A DNA stretch of 63,237 bases, filler included, from Hausera hauseri (Eukaryota): assembly GCA_046269625.1 (NCBI GenBank). It is 13 parts of 13 records of this genome, joined end to end, with 100 filler letters (N's around TTAATTAATTAA, not from the genome) between each part and the next. Parts side by side here need not be neighbours in the genome. Positions count along the whole stretch, not along the records: positions 24,146 to 29,597 come from JBJURY010252514.1; positions 29,698 to 36,307 come from JBJURY010081991.1; positions 36,408 to 40,867 come from JBJURY010569561.1; 10 more parts are not named here. One strand, 5' to 3'. The notes under the pieces were generated by a model, which made no database searches, was not told where the DNA came from, and saw only the letters and a list, made by a program, of their open reading frames with translations. A program made the position numbers and the translations under genes. Positions 26,420-39,528 of this stretch are shown here, one piece after another. How positions within the stretch are numbered: the first letter of the stretch is position 1; each line of letters starts with the position of its first letter.

Positions 26420-27836
26420 CCAGACCGATCTCGTACGTTCAGATAGTTTTAGCACTACCGTTAATTGCTTCTTATATTCCGAGAACACAAGCTCAATGGT
26501 GGCACGATGAGTCGACTCTAGGAGATATATACGGAATTCGGAAGAATGGATCAAGATCGGAAACTACCAAAACAGAAAAGAAACCAACAGCCGAACAAGT
26601 TCAAAAACAAGAAGACACCAAATTATTGCAATCAATGACAATTCATTATTATTCACCAAATTCCGTATGTGTTGGATTTAAGGCTTGGAAACCGCATCAC
26701 GACTTCGGAAGATTTCAAATTGTCTTACTTTACATAACCACAAAAAAGCGAAAAATTGTGATTTTGAACCTGGAGACTATATGCAGTGTTGCGACATAGA
26801 CTTTGGACGCACCTATAACCTCACCTATCGTCTATACTTACCAGGCTCATCCGAAATTTATATTGAAACTAAGCCACAATTTTAACTAGCCATCCCTGCA
26901 TGGAACAGACATCATGGAGTAAAACCTAATGAAATGTTACGATCCACTGACCCAGATATAAGAATATTAGACGAAAATATCCAGAGAATCTCTGTGAATA
27001 GGGAAAAACAATGCATTCAAGTAGATGCTAGAACAGGACTGACTCACAGTCAGGAAATCACTATCACAATTGAAGCAGCAATTGGACCAACTCCGAAAAT
27101 AGAATATTGTTCTATTCGTGCAGATGTGCAACACCCATGTTGTAAAATACCCGTGAACCAAGAATTCAAAATAAAATTTGACATATATGAAGTACGACCT
27201 AACAAACCAAGTTTACAACACCGAATTTATTATCCAGAAAATAAAATTTGGAAAATTTTAGTGGAAGCCATGACCAAGGAGTCGACCACTACGATTATTT
27301 CCTCTACTCGTACTGTTACAGCAAATAAAATGCCAAGAGCAGAATTGGAAAGCATATTGATCAAATTTACGGCACACCGATATAAAATCGCGTTCTTCGT
27401 GGAAAAGAAACAAAATTACGATATACACATAAGTTGTCGAACAACGCATAATAATCAAATTGTAATATTATCTAAAAACAATTATCAAACAGAATGCAAT
27501 TTACTAAAACCGCAATCCGAATACGTAATACAAGTACACGCACAGAACAAACAAACGCAAATAAGTACTTTGCATACCTTAGACGAAATTCGCGCGGAGT
27601 CACATACGCATGAAAATATAGACGACGAAACTACAACACATTTACTACTCGAGCACCACTAGGATTAACGGCCTTACCGATTGCATCTATTACAGTGCTG
27701 TCAACGTTTCTTCTCAATGTATTATTGCGATTTTTCGACTAGTTACCAAAAATTGTTATTCTAAGCGTCATAAAAATTCAGAATTGGAATTAAGGGAACT
27801 GGAAAACCTTGTGAATCCGTATAATAAAATAACCTG
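26420..27836 (+). pseudogene. Putative type I membrane protein with up to 3 FN3-like beta domains, starting in frame with integrase
   Basis: Signal-like ISYVQIVLALPLIASYIPRTQA, three Cys-containing beta-rich units (the last LKPQSEYVIQVHAQN, FN3-like), TM LTALPIASITVLSTFLLNVLL; broken by one frameshift and stops. Confidence 0.5.
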
Positions 27837-27939
27837 ACAATTACAGATCAGGTTATTCTGTCATCAAACAAAGAATTGGTTTTGGTTCAAAACCACCCTT
27901 TGTTTTAAGATTAACCTTTATATTTTCTTTTTCAGATTG

Positions 27940-29590
27940 GTAAGTAATCAGACCCAGATGAACCCGAGCCGATCTGAATCGACACCGAAGAAACTGCAAG
28001 CCGACTTAGAATCGATGCCGAGGAAACTACGAGTCGACTTAGTATCGACGAATTTTTACAGCAATATGTGACAGTACGGATCCCAAATTCAAAGGCCATC
28101 TATAGGCAAATCAATACAGAGTTACGAGGAAAGAATTTCGTTCAATACGGGAAAGTTGACGAGATACCAAACAGTTTGGAAGTAACGACTGAAGAGGCCA
28201 GAGCTATATATTTATATGCTTGGAGAGAAGATAAGGATGCCAGAGTATACCCTTTGTAACAGATAACCCAGCACCAAGCGAATAAGGAACAAAAGATATA
28301 TGTACATTTGGTCGACGGGGAAATTTATTATCGGCTGAAAGATCAGAAATGGGACTCTTTCCAAAGAAGAGAAAGCCGGTTTAGCACGTTCGTATTTGAC
28401 AGTAAGAATTTCCTTTACTACGAACTGGAATTTCGTGTAGCCGCCTTATCTGTGAAAATGATGGTCGAAATAACTAAAGAAGAGGCAATACCCATCTCAT
28501 TGCCGCCCTTAGAATTTAGACAAAGGCCCACTGAAGAAGAACACGACGCACATCTGTATTTATTCAGGCTAGTAACCGATGACAGAAATATTAGGATTGC
28601 CGAAATAAATTATGGAGAAGGAGAAGAAGGAAATTATATCCCGATGGAATTATCCATCCGAGAAAAAAATGGGGCCGAAGTCTATTCGAAAATTATTAAT
28701 CCGAGAAAGAAAGTACTAGAAACTTATGCAAAAGTTACCGGGATTAAAAGAGAGCAATTGAATCATGGAAAGGATTCTAGATTAGTACAACCGAAAATAG
28801 CACAATGTCTCTACGGATACGTCTTAGTGGGGTATGAAGTAGAGAGAATGACAAAAAAATTAAACATACCAGTAACGCACCTAGCCAGAATAAGAGCGAT
28901 AGAAATCCACCCAACCGTAATGGGACAAATGGAAATAAGGGTCAAAGAGAAGAAGGGTTATCTACCACCGACAGTGGAAGGCCGATTCAAACTTATGGTA
29001 GAAGCCATGACTGGAGGAAATATAAAAATCAGCAGACTGTTGACCGGCAGCCAAAGATCCCAATATTTAAGGGACATAAATGCTGGACTAAAGTGGGAAC
29101 ACGAATGGATTCCCAGTAACCCGCAATAAAACTTACGGAATTTACCCAAGCTTGAAAAGATCAGCACACGTTATAGAAAAAACTTCCATCCTTACTCACC
29201 ACCAAGAAATGTCGAGATTAAGCCAAAATAGAACTACCAGATAACCATCCAGGGACCGAAAACATAGAAAACAGAAGACAAATGGCAAACCAACGAGAAA
29301 CCGAGTACAAGCTATGTCACCACAACCAACGATAATCCATTTAAAGTACCTGAAATTCCTCGGAAATATTTAGAAGAAAAAAATAGAAATTTAGAAATCG
29401 AGACCGGAAGGACAGCTAAAAGAAAAACCTTTTTCTTCGATTACGTATTTAAGAAAAGAAGTAAAGAGGAGGAGAAGGGACCGAAAGAAGGACACAAATC
29501 GGACATTAAGGATTCAAAACCAAAGCAACAGGTAAACCGAGAATACCAGCAGAAGGATCCTCAAGAACAAACCTACAATCCCATGCGGTG
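27940..29590 (+). pseudogene. Accessory ORF containing a Rex4/ISG20-like DEDDh exonuclease fold
   Basis: ELSIREKNGAEVYSKIINPRKKVLETYAKVTGIKREQL..VQPKIAQCLYGYVLVGYEVERM parallels the Rex4 pattern RVSIV..G.VVYD.YVKP..V.DYRT.VSGI..ILVGH...D; ORFs 28068 and 28308 share a frame. Confidence 0.65.
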
Positions 29591-29697
29591 AAACCTANNN
29601 NNNNNNNNNNNNNNNNNNNNNNNNNNNNNNNNNNNNNNNNNTTAATTAATTAANNNNNNNNNNNNNNNNNNNNNNNNNNNNNNNNNNNNNNNNNNNN

Positions 29698-30281
29698 GAC
29701 CATGATGGCGCCCAAGTCCGCGGCACCATATATGGTCAAGAGATTTAGTTAAGCAATTAATTTTAGCTCGACCAAACAATTTCGAGACTGCATTGCAACT
29801 ATCAGAGAACTTAGAAATGGCACTAGATAGATATGCTAGACAGAACGATAGATATGACCGAAATAATGATCGTGATAATCGTGATAGAAATCGGAACAAT
29901 AAAAGATTTAACGATAATAATAAGGACAGAGGCTATGAGAATAAAGCTCAAAATGCTATTAATCGCAGTATGAGACATGATAATAGGAACTTCAGTGATA
30001 ATCGGAACACATATAATCCGTATAATAAAATAGGTTGTATTTTGGATAGGAACCAAAATAATGACCGAAGTAATAAGAATCGATATATAGATAATCGAAG
30101 TTTCGAAAATAGAAATAACGGAATCGATAAGCAAGCTCAACCAACTAAAAACAAAATAACGAGTAGACCCAAATCATCAGTAAATGAAGACGGACGACAA
30201 AGGATTGGCCGAGACGCAAATCTGATTTGTTACTCATGCGTTAAGGAAGTACATATAGCTAGATCGTGCCCTAACCCATGA
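29698..30281 (+). mobile_element. Retrotransposon Gag C-terminus with N/D/R-rich linker and CCHC zinc knuckle
   Basis: RPNNFETALQLSENLE (end of capsid region) and ICYSCVKEVHIARSCP. Confidence 0.85.
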
Positions 30282-30779
30282 AGTGTATCATTTTCAGAAA
30301 CCACTAAGGTTAGAACGATAAAGGATAATTTAGAAGGAATATATGGGAACGAGGTGACATAAGCATGATTATCGAGATGCAAAACCTACGAAGGTATATA
30401 AGAAATATGGGCGAATCCAATAATCCACAAGTAATCAAGGATAGAAAGGAGTACGAAGAAAATTTCAACTAATGGAAGTTTATTATGGATTGAGAGAACC
30501 AAAAACGGAATACGAGAATGCTATAGCACCTAGGAATACTCACATGGCCAGAAAGCAAAACCTAAATCAAGCAGCGAAATAGGAGAAAGAAGAAAAACAG
30601 ACTACGTCTGCAAGTGTAGACTTTGACGCAGATACCGAGGTCGCGTCTTAAAATAAGGGCAAAGCAACAGACAAGGTTGAGAGCGAATTCATTGATCCAT
30701 TAATACTTAAGATAACCAAAAATGGAGGTAGAAGCCCTTCTCTTAGGAACATGTCGGGAACTCGTTCACGATCCCCTAT

Positions 30780-33700
30780 TAAAATGAATTAGAAAAAGAA
30801 GACTTCATCATCACTTTAAGAGATGAAACGGAATTAAATACTCCTGTGATAACCCGAGGCGTTCTGGAAATAACAAGTACTTCGAATATCGACGAAATTA
30901 ATGAAACATGTCCGTTACCACATAGTGAAGAGAAACCAGAAGAGAAAAAATCTATTAAATTTGGGAAGATTAGAAAATCCTGGAAAAATGCAAACGAACT
31001 AAATAAAATAAGAGACACACAGAATGATCCTGGAAGGCTACATGAGAGCCTGCAAAAACTCCAACAAATGAGCAAACAGTTGGATATCTCCGGAAAAGAA
31101 CAGCAATTCATAGAAAAACTATATAAAGAGCTTAAAACCCGCCTTCCGAAAGAGGAAGAAAACATATTTCGCGAACTCCAAATGATGCCGCAAGCCTTGA
31201 TAGAAAGCTGGCAAAATAAATTGGAACTGTGGACAAGGAGTGGAATCGATTTTACGAAAGTTTGGTTGAATAGAAATGAGTCGTTCTTCGACCAGGTTAA
31301 TCAGGTGCAAGCACTATTTAACACACTAAAGGGCAACACAAAACTGAAACGCGCAAGGCGTAATTTAGAAGGATTGATACATGAGATCGAAGGCGCGATA
31401 ATTTCTTATTTTCACAACAAGCCAGTATATGAATTGACTAATGCTGATCTAGAAATATTAGGTATAGACCAAGTTGATATTCCCTCTTTATTAGCAATGT
31501 GCAGCCTGATAAAGGATAGCCCTCGACAATATCTAGATTTGGAAATACGCATTAAAAGAGAAAATGAAAAACGAACTAAAATCAACGACTTACGGATCGA
31601 TGTAGTCCACTCTAAAAAGGTAGAAGCACAGAGAATAATACGCCCTTGCCTTCTCGAATTAGATGAATATAAAGAAGAATTCAACTACATGAAACAGATC
31701 ATAAAATTTGTACAAGGACAGGATCACAAACTAAAAGAAGCTATTGAGACGTTAGATGAAATAATCTATGCTAAACCGGCAATATCGAAACAATTAAGGA
31801 AGTGAATAGATTTGTTACCTTCCATAGCCGGGATAATAAATGAAAGACTAAGGGAATTCGTTGTGGCTGAGCCTATAATGAGACACCAATTGGATGAAAT
31901 GTTACTGGATATTGGTACGATGGAAGACGAAGCGAAATTGCGAACTAAATTTGAATCATTCCGAGAATTGGAGTTTATGAGCCAGAATCAATATCTGACA
32001 ACGTTAACAGAAGTATACAGTATGATAGAGGAGAAGGAATTTTACAGAAAAAGAAACAAGCTAAGTGATCTTCATCGAAGTTTATCGAACATCCGTTGGG
32101 AGGGTATACAGAACCTAATACAGAAACCGTTGAAGGAAATCTCAGTACAGGAAATAGAAACGTTAGAAATATGTAATGATCACCGGATTGCTGTAGCACA
32201 AACACTACAGTATTTACATTGCCACACCGACCTAACGGAAATTAGGAAGGATCTTCAGTTGACGAGCGACGAAGCCAAGTTCATATGCAGGCTAATAGAC
32301 GCAATAGACCCGGACGCCGAAGTATTAAATCGAACGCATAAATTAATTCTATTATTAACAGAAATGGCAGAAGTTGACGAAGTAGTAGCGAAACGACTAG
32401 TAAATCAAATACGTCTAATAAAAGAAACCCGGTTACGCTCCGAGAAAAGACGGCGCGAACTAAATGAATTATTGAGGGATACAGAAGTCTATAAGGACAA
32501 ATATTCTCTTACGGAATCCGAAATGAATGACAAAATGGAATTCATACAAAGATGGCAAAGAGACAGAATCGCAGAAATAACTAGCTATCAAGAGAAAGCT
32601 CTGGTACAACCAGAAGAAATGTGCCGATTAATAATATAGATACAACAAGCATGCGGAAACGGAGACGGATTTAGGATATCCGTAATGAAAACAGTACAAC
32701 CGCAGATAAAAGAACTACGCGAAAGAGTCCAGGTTGGACATGCGGCACTAATAAACTACGAGTTACCTGACGCAGATAATAATGCCGGGTGGGATGAATA
32801 TCTTCAAGGTTTAACCAAGCAAAGTCAAGGAACCCCAATACAAATTCATGAGTCACCTACTGGTGCCCAGAAGATGAAATTTGACGTTCAAATGCTAGTT
32901 GATCCTGCGCTAGCTGAAAAGTAATTGAGCGGTATTTTGAAAATAAACATAAGTGAACATAAGTTAAGAAAATTTATTACAACCTTGACTAAGCTATTCA
33001 GCGAAAATACCGCATACAGCGCCGTACCCAAGCTCCTAATAAAAAAATACGCTAAACTATTGAAAAATAAACCGGAAGCGGAAATCAAAGTGAAGGTATC
33101 ATCCGAAGGGATGGACGATGAGGAATTTGAGTGCACTATCTGCATCACCGTTGCGTATATAAAACAACGGATAATGGATAAAGATGATAAAAATGTATTA
33201 ATTACCGACTCTATTTCAGAGGTAGAAGATTAGCCAAGCGAACTAAAGATGAAGCCATGAGGAAAGCGCATACAGAACATTGAGTTGGAAAAATCATGGG
33301 AATTCAGGATGCCGCAATGTATTTTAAATACTTACAGACTGATGACGACAAACCACATTACGATAAGAACTTAATTCGTCTAAGTGAAACTTTACCACCA
33401 ATGAAACCGAAGCGACCGGTTGGGAGACAGCGAAAAACAAAAGAAATTTATTAGAATGCAGACCTAATTAGGGAATTGAGACAACTATCGGTACCAACCT
33501 CGAGTTCGGATAACGAAGAACTAATCAAGCTAATGAGAGACTTAATTAGAATAGTCAATTATACTGGACTCCAAGGAGACATATTATCCGAGAACGAAAG
33601 ATTAATCTATAATATAGCCCGGATAATTAAAACTTTACGATTTAAATTATCTAAAAGCACTCTTTCTGACGAAACAGTGATCGATAGAATTATGATAGAC

Positions 33701-33920
33701 AATAAGATGGAGGAATTAAGGAAAGTATTGATATATTTAGCAGTAAGAACTAACCCACTTCGGGAAAACGAATTCGACAAGACAATCGGGTTAGCTAGAA
33801 AAGCTGAAAGAAGGGTACCTAAAGAAATAAAATGGACTAAATTATTTGAAAAAGAGGATAATACAAAAAGGGCTAATAAGTTAGAAGACATGATACGAAA
33901 TATCTCTCCAAACAAAGGAA
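30780..33920 (+). pseudogene. About 1000-aa alpha-helical/coiled-coil region of unknown function between Gag and glycoprotein
   Basis: ORFs 30846, 31812, 32685 and 32925 share one frame (also Gag's frame) and are separated by isolated stops; E/K/L/I-rich. Confidence 0.6.
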
Positions 33921-33929
33921 ACGAATCAA

Positions 33930-35760
33930 ATTGGTTAACCAACTTACTAACGATAATGATACTAGTAAAGCAGATAGGAGCCGTCACTATATATGACTGC
34001 GATAAATTCAAGGTAGGTCAGAAATATTCCCTGATGGACTTAGAAACATGTGAAGACGCGAGACCCCACAAGCTCGAGACGGTAGAAAGAAAATATATAC
34101 TATATCAACAACGGGAATTAATCGCAATGGATGCGATGGAATGCATGATCTGAAGATCTCGCAGTGTATTTCATTGTGGTAATATGCACGGGCATTATTC
34201 AATAATCAAACCAACCACACCACTAATCTCAATCAACGTGGATAGACAACAATGTTTAGGAGCCAGATTAACCAGTGAAATGGTTTGGGACGGCATGGAA
34301 TTAGAGGCCCAAGAAGGAAAGATAATTAGAGCCTACAAAGTGGCAGTCGAAAAACTAAACATGCACACCGATTACTGCGTCGGAGCAAAATATGATACAG
34401 GAAAAGGAAAAGAAGGAGGAATAGTAGTCGTAGATTTTTACAAAACCGAGTTAAGATTTCTAAAAGCAATGTTTCATAGCGTTACTAAATTATTTACCAA
34501 AAATCAGAAATGTCATATACAAGACGGCGCTTGCACGTTCCGAAGCTCAGCCGTTGTATGGAGCCCACCTTCAAAGAGAGAATGCAATTTCATCAAAATT
34601 AAGGAATTAAAATTTAATGAGACAACCGGAAAACGCTATACAAATAAATTACACACTAATACGAGATCAAGAGAATATGTAATAGAACACCCCACACCAA
34701 CCATATTGATATCGGATACACACGGGTTAAAGTTTATTAGAAATGATATGTTAACACGCTGCGATGTAGTTATGCATGCTACGAATTACGAAGCGTTTTT
34801 CGTAGCGAAACAGAAATTAACATAAAAACGTACGAATTAAAAACACAAGATGTGCGAATCGACGATTATCTCAAAAATTGAGACGACTATTTATATTATA
34901 AAGGACAAACCGGAATAGCAGAGCTATACCACAAAATGATAACAAATGACTACAGATTAGTTACTGAAGTCATGAAAACCAAACTGGCCTTAATTTATGC
35001 CAACCCAGAATTGGCATCACCAATTATACCAATAAAAGAAGGTGTCTTTGAATGAGTTACCGGAGAGGTCCTGTTAACTTACGAATGCAAAAAAAGAGAT
35101 GTGCCGATCAACGTGGAAGAGAAAAGATGTATGAAGAATTACCAGTCATCTATGAAAATATGCCGAGGCTAGCGATGCCACTTACTAGGGTACTACTCGC
35201 AAACTCGACGGAGCCAACAATACTGAAGGAATGCAAAACGAGTCTGGGTGAACCTATGTTTCTCCTTAGTGAAACAGATTGGATAAGTTTGTCTAATGAA
35301 GGTGCCGCTACCACCCCTAGTAAGCTAACTGGAACACATCTAATCAAGGGATTATCGGAAGAGAAGTTCGAAGACACGGCCAATAAAGGAATTTAGAGGC
35401 CAAAGGACATAAAAGCCTTTAGGCAATTCTTGGCCTTTCCACGGCAACGAACTTATGAGCTGAATCGGGACATGTCAGTGGTGATGGACGACACCCGCTT
35501 TCAAGTAAAATGGGAAACATTACTCGGCGCTAACCATTATCAAAGAGTAACTTCGGAAATATTATATAAGATTTGGGGAAGATTTCTGATCTTCGGACAA
35601 GCTGCATCCGGATTCCTAGCCATCTACATTTTAGTTCAGTTAGTCAAAGCAGTAATCCAAGGTGTTATAAATGGATATAAAATATTCACATTAACAGGAT
35701 TTTTCTGCAAAATTTTAACTGCGATCATCACACCTTTTGGAAAAAAGCCTAAGGCCTAAG
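33930..35760 (+). pseudogene. Chuvirus (Jingchuvirales)-type class III fusion glycoprotein / env
   Basis: Signal WLTNLLTIMILVKQIGA, then IYDC..YSLMDLETC..LYQ..MECMI..FHCG.MHGH, LALIYANP..TGEVLLTYEC, YEELPV..PLTRVL, KGI..FLAFP, and TM WGRFLIFGQAASGFLAIYILVQLVK. Confidence 0.85.
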
Positions 35761-36407
35761 TAGAAAACCGATGGAAAAATGACTTAGAACGCCACGTCGG
35801 GTATTATAATCGCAAACGACGAGGGAGGCCTTCGATTCTGTACAGACGTAAAACTAAGAAAACAATAACACATAGGGATGATTCAGAAAATGACGAGCCT
35901 AAGGGAGGAGAAGAGGTTCCAGAAATAAGATGCGCAAGATGTACTCAGTGATTAATGCTCCATTACCCATCTTGCCACCAACAGCACCAATATATGAAGA
36001 TTTCAACCGCAAATCGGTCGTATCATGTAAGTCAAAAGTCTATCAAAAGCCCATTAATTTTGAAGACCCTTATGAAAAAACAAAACAATATGGAGTACTA
36101 CGGAAAATGAATGTTATCAACCGAGAACCAACAGAAAACAACCACGGAATATTATACTCAAAAAGGATACCGCGTCACATAAAATCGAAATCAGCGATCT
36201 GGGAGAATCCGAAACTGTGCTCCATTCCGGGTCCACTTCCTCAAGAACAACTCATCGACAGTCACGTCAATGAAATGACAAAAAATAATTTATACCCAAA
36301 TGGAGAANNNNNNNNNNNNNNNNNNNNNNNNNNNNNNNNNNNNNNNNNNNNTTAATTAATTAANNNNNNNNNNNNNNNNNNNNNNNNNNNNNNNNNNNNN
36401 NNNNNNN

Positions 36408-36528
36408 CCACAATATGCACACTCGAATAGATCTTCTCGTTGTTTCATTTTTTCGACGAGGTAGCACAATGGGCAGGAATTCTCTTCTTCATTATAAGCT
36501 GCTGTAAGTTTCTTGCAGATGGCACAGC
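36408..36528 (-). CDS. Exon encoding a CX2C-X13-CX2C zinc finger (E1A-CR3-like), running off the contig
   Basis: Acceptor TTTTAG at 36529; (G)CAICKKLTAAYNEEENSCPLCYLVEK. Confidence 0.5.
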
Positions 36529-36623
36529 CTAAAACTATTGCTATTTAATTTATTGAATTATCACTCAATTATCCATTTCTCTAATAGTTAATAATGCAAG
36601 AAAAATAAACATATATTATGATT

Positions 36624-39267
36624 TCATATTTCCATATATACAAGTCCATTTGGGCCAACTATATACAAATCAGCTGGATAATCGTTAGTTGCAACAGTTG
36701 TCTCTTCTTCTATTGTTATAGTTTCTTCTTCGTCGTCATCAAGTAAGACAACAACGGTAACATCCCACATCCTATAACTGGATATCTTCCGTCGACAAAA
36801 CGGGCAACTTTGGCACTTTGAGAGCCATGTATCTGCACATCGCGTACACATATAATGTGTACACCGGAATAGGGCATACTTAAGACCCAAATTCTTAAAA
36901 CATATTGGGCATTCTTCCTGCTGCTTGTCTAAAATAATTAAACCTTTTAATTATTATTCAGAATTATGTATCTGAAAATAATGTTTCCTCACAACAATAG
37001 ATACTATCAAATTCATAGTGCTCCTCACTCGGGGCACCAGTTTATATGTTACTATCTATTTGGTATTGCGTCGGTGATTATGTGTTATACATGTTCTTTC
37101 TTGGTACAGTAACATATAAATGTTCATTGCTGTATCTAAAGGGGAGTCCGATGGCGGTTCGGTATGTAAAATATACCTGCGCCTATTATCTGTCAGAGTT
37201 CGTGGAGATGCCCTATATTATAGCTTGTTTCTTTGGAGCATTGATGTTTATAATATCTGAACTTTGGTTAGTAATACCCTAGCTCCATTCCTATGATATT
37301 TCAATCTACGCATTAATTCTGCCATATTCACTTTTATAACTTCATCATCCCTACACATTATTCGTCTGATTGTCTCGAGATCAAGTCTTCATAAACACTA
37401 AACTTGCCTGTATAAATTTCATATTGCTCTACCGTCATCAAGGTCATGTAATTCAATTTTCTAGCTTTATAAACCCAGTGCTGAGTTTTTAGTCAGGATG
37501 CTTCGTACACACATTTATTTGAACACAATCTAATTTCTTTAAATAAAGTACTTCATTGAGATCTTCATCCTGAAAGGGAATTCGGATTTCTAATTATAAC
37601 TAGAATTTATTTCTACTAGAGCAGATCTATCTCCGAAATTAGAAACAATAAACTTTTGCAGACTGTGCATCATCTATTAGATATTGGTGACATGGTATTA
37701 TTTCCATCCATCTGAATATTATGTTTTTTGTATCTTACTATTGTTATGACATTTTACTTTGGCGATTCATATATATATTCTATTAATGATTCTAGTACCT
37801 AGAACCTGGGTTTCGTATTCTATCTGTATTAAATATTTTTCCATTTTCCTCTATAAATGGGTATAAATCGCATCTCTCCCTATAAAATTAATATTTTATC
37901 TCTTTTAAATCCTTTATACTACGGATGTTGTTACTAATTACCGAAATAGGCCTGTTATTATTATTATTGTCACGTATTTATTCTGTCTCGTAAGTACAAT
38001 ATATCATATCGAAATATACGATGGACAGTCGACCAGTATTTTGCGCAATTCTATTGTCTGAACGAACACTTCATCTCATGATTCATCGCACATTCGTTTT
38101 ATATTCTGATGTATATTTAAGCATAAACTTTCCACGATTCAACATCAAATCGAATAGACGTACTTTATTTTATACAATCTCAAGATATATTCATCCTTAC
38201 ACAAAGTTAGTTTATTGATTAGTAAGTACCATATGGTCACAAACCATGCATACGTCGTGATTATCAGTAAATACTCTTTTTCACAGATCATATCCTTATT
38301 ATCACCTGATGCAAAATTATAATATTATCTATATGAAGGGGTCGCACATCCATTATACTCATTATTTACACTATGATATTCACCCGTTGTAATACTTTAT
38401 CCTGGTAAACTCTATATAACATAATAACTCATCGTTTTTATTTTCATTCTCTTAATCAATCATAAAAATTTTTAAATTTCCGATAATTATTATAATCTCC
38501 AGGGTACCATCGAATATATACCACTTTGAATTACTACACAGATACCATTAACGTCACTCGGAACAATATTAATATATAAAACCGCCATTAACACTTTCAA
38601 CACGCTATAATTTAACCCTTATTAAGATAAATATCATTAGACCATAAGACATACGATTATAGGAAATGTTCGTCAAATTTATATGAATTAATAATTTCAT
38701 TCAATAAGCTGTAAAACAAGGTACCAACACCTCTATCTTCACACTCCAATTCCCAGCCATACCAACAACTAATCAATACCACCGTTGTTTCACAACTCCA
38801 CCCGTCTGTTGAACTGAAAGAATATTCGGCGTACTTGTGACCTCTATACTCATTATCGGAGAATTGTAATTCCTTAGTATATTCAGTCTCCGGTTCAGGT
38901 TCTCTGTAGGGCCCTCAGGAGAGTCCGTCATCAATTATATTCAATGCTCTGATGTATTGGTGCTTCCGTCATAATCTGTCGGTACATATGGTATCACATA
39001 CATCACGAATTTAGCCATTCTGACATTCATAGTTGTTTTACTAGACACGTTAGTTAACGTCGTTTTACCTTACCATTCCAGCCTCGAAGTTCCACAGCAT
39101 TTCATATCTTTGTTTTCGTATTCTCTCTCTCGATTCATATCTATCTTTGTATTCCGCAAATATTTAATATATCAAAATTGTATTTTAACACAATACTTTA
39201 CATCGATAACATAATAAAATAAAACAATTGACAACTCACCATTATCAAAAGAATTTGCTTCAGCCAT
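36624..39267 (-). CDS. Spliced C3HC4 RING-finger protein (leader exon 39267-39240 plus exon 36928-36624)
   Basis: MAEANSFDN-G|GTGAGT joins in phase to TTTTAG|AC, giving DKQQEECPICFKN..CTHYMCTRC..CPFCRR and an acidic tail. The RING itself is firm; the leader pairing is inferred. Confidence 0.7.
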
Positions 39268-39528
39268 TTATCAATTTATTGTTCAAATCGTCAAAGGTAA
39301 GCTCAATGTGGAATTTATTAGGATTATTCGTCAATGGTCGAATATACAATTTCTTCAAATGATTCTCTGTGCTCGTCTTTGTCGTCTTAGTATTTCTTAA
39401 ATTTATATGTTTCAGTTGTAAAATATGAGAAACTTACCTACAAGTTCTCCTGGAAATTTGGTACGTCAACTGATAGTAAAATTTCAGGTTTGATAGTAAA
39501 ATTCTGTGTGTTGTTTGTGAATGCTTCG

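Noticed and set aside
29823-30140. Ile-rich hydrophobic minus-strand ORF and similar antisense ORFs over pol, env and PolB
   Set aside because: Shadow frames of A-rich or low-complexity plus-strand coding sequence
30846-35760. Alternative genetic code or programmed read-through explaining the in-frame stops
   Set aside because: TGA, TAG and TAA all occur along with frameshifts, consistent with neutral decay
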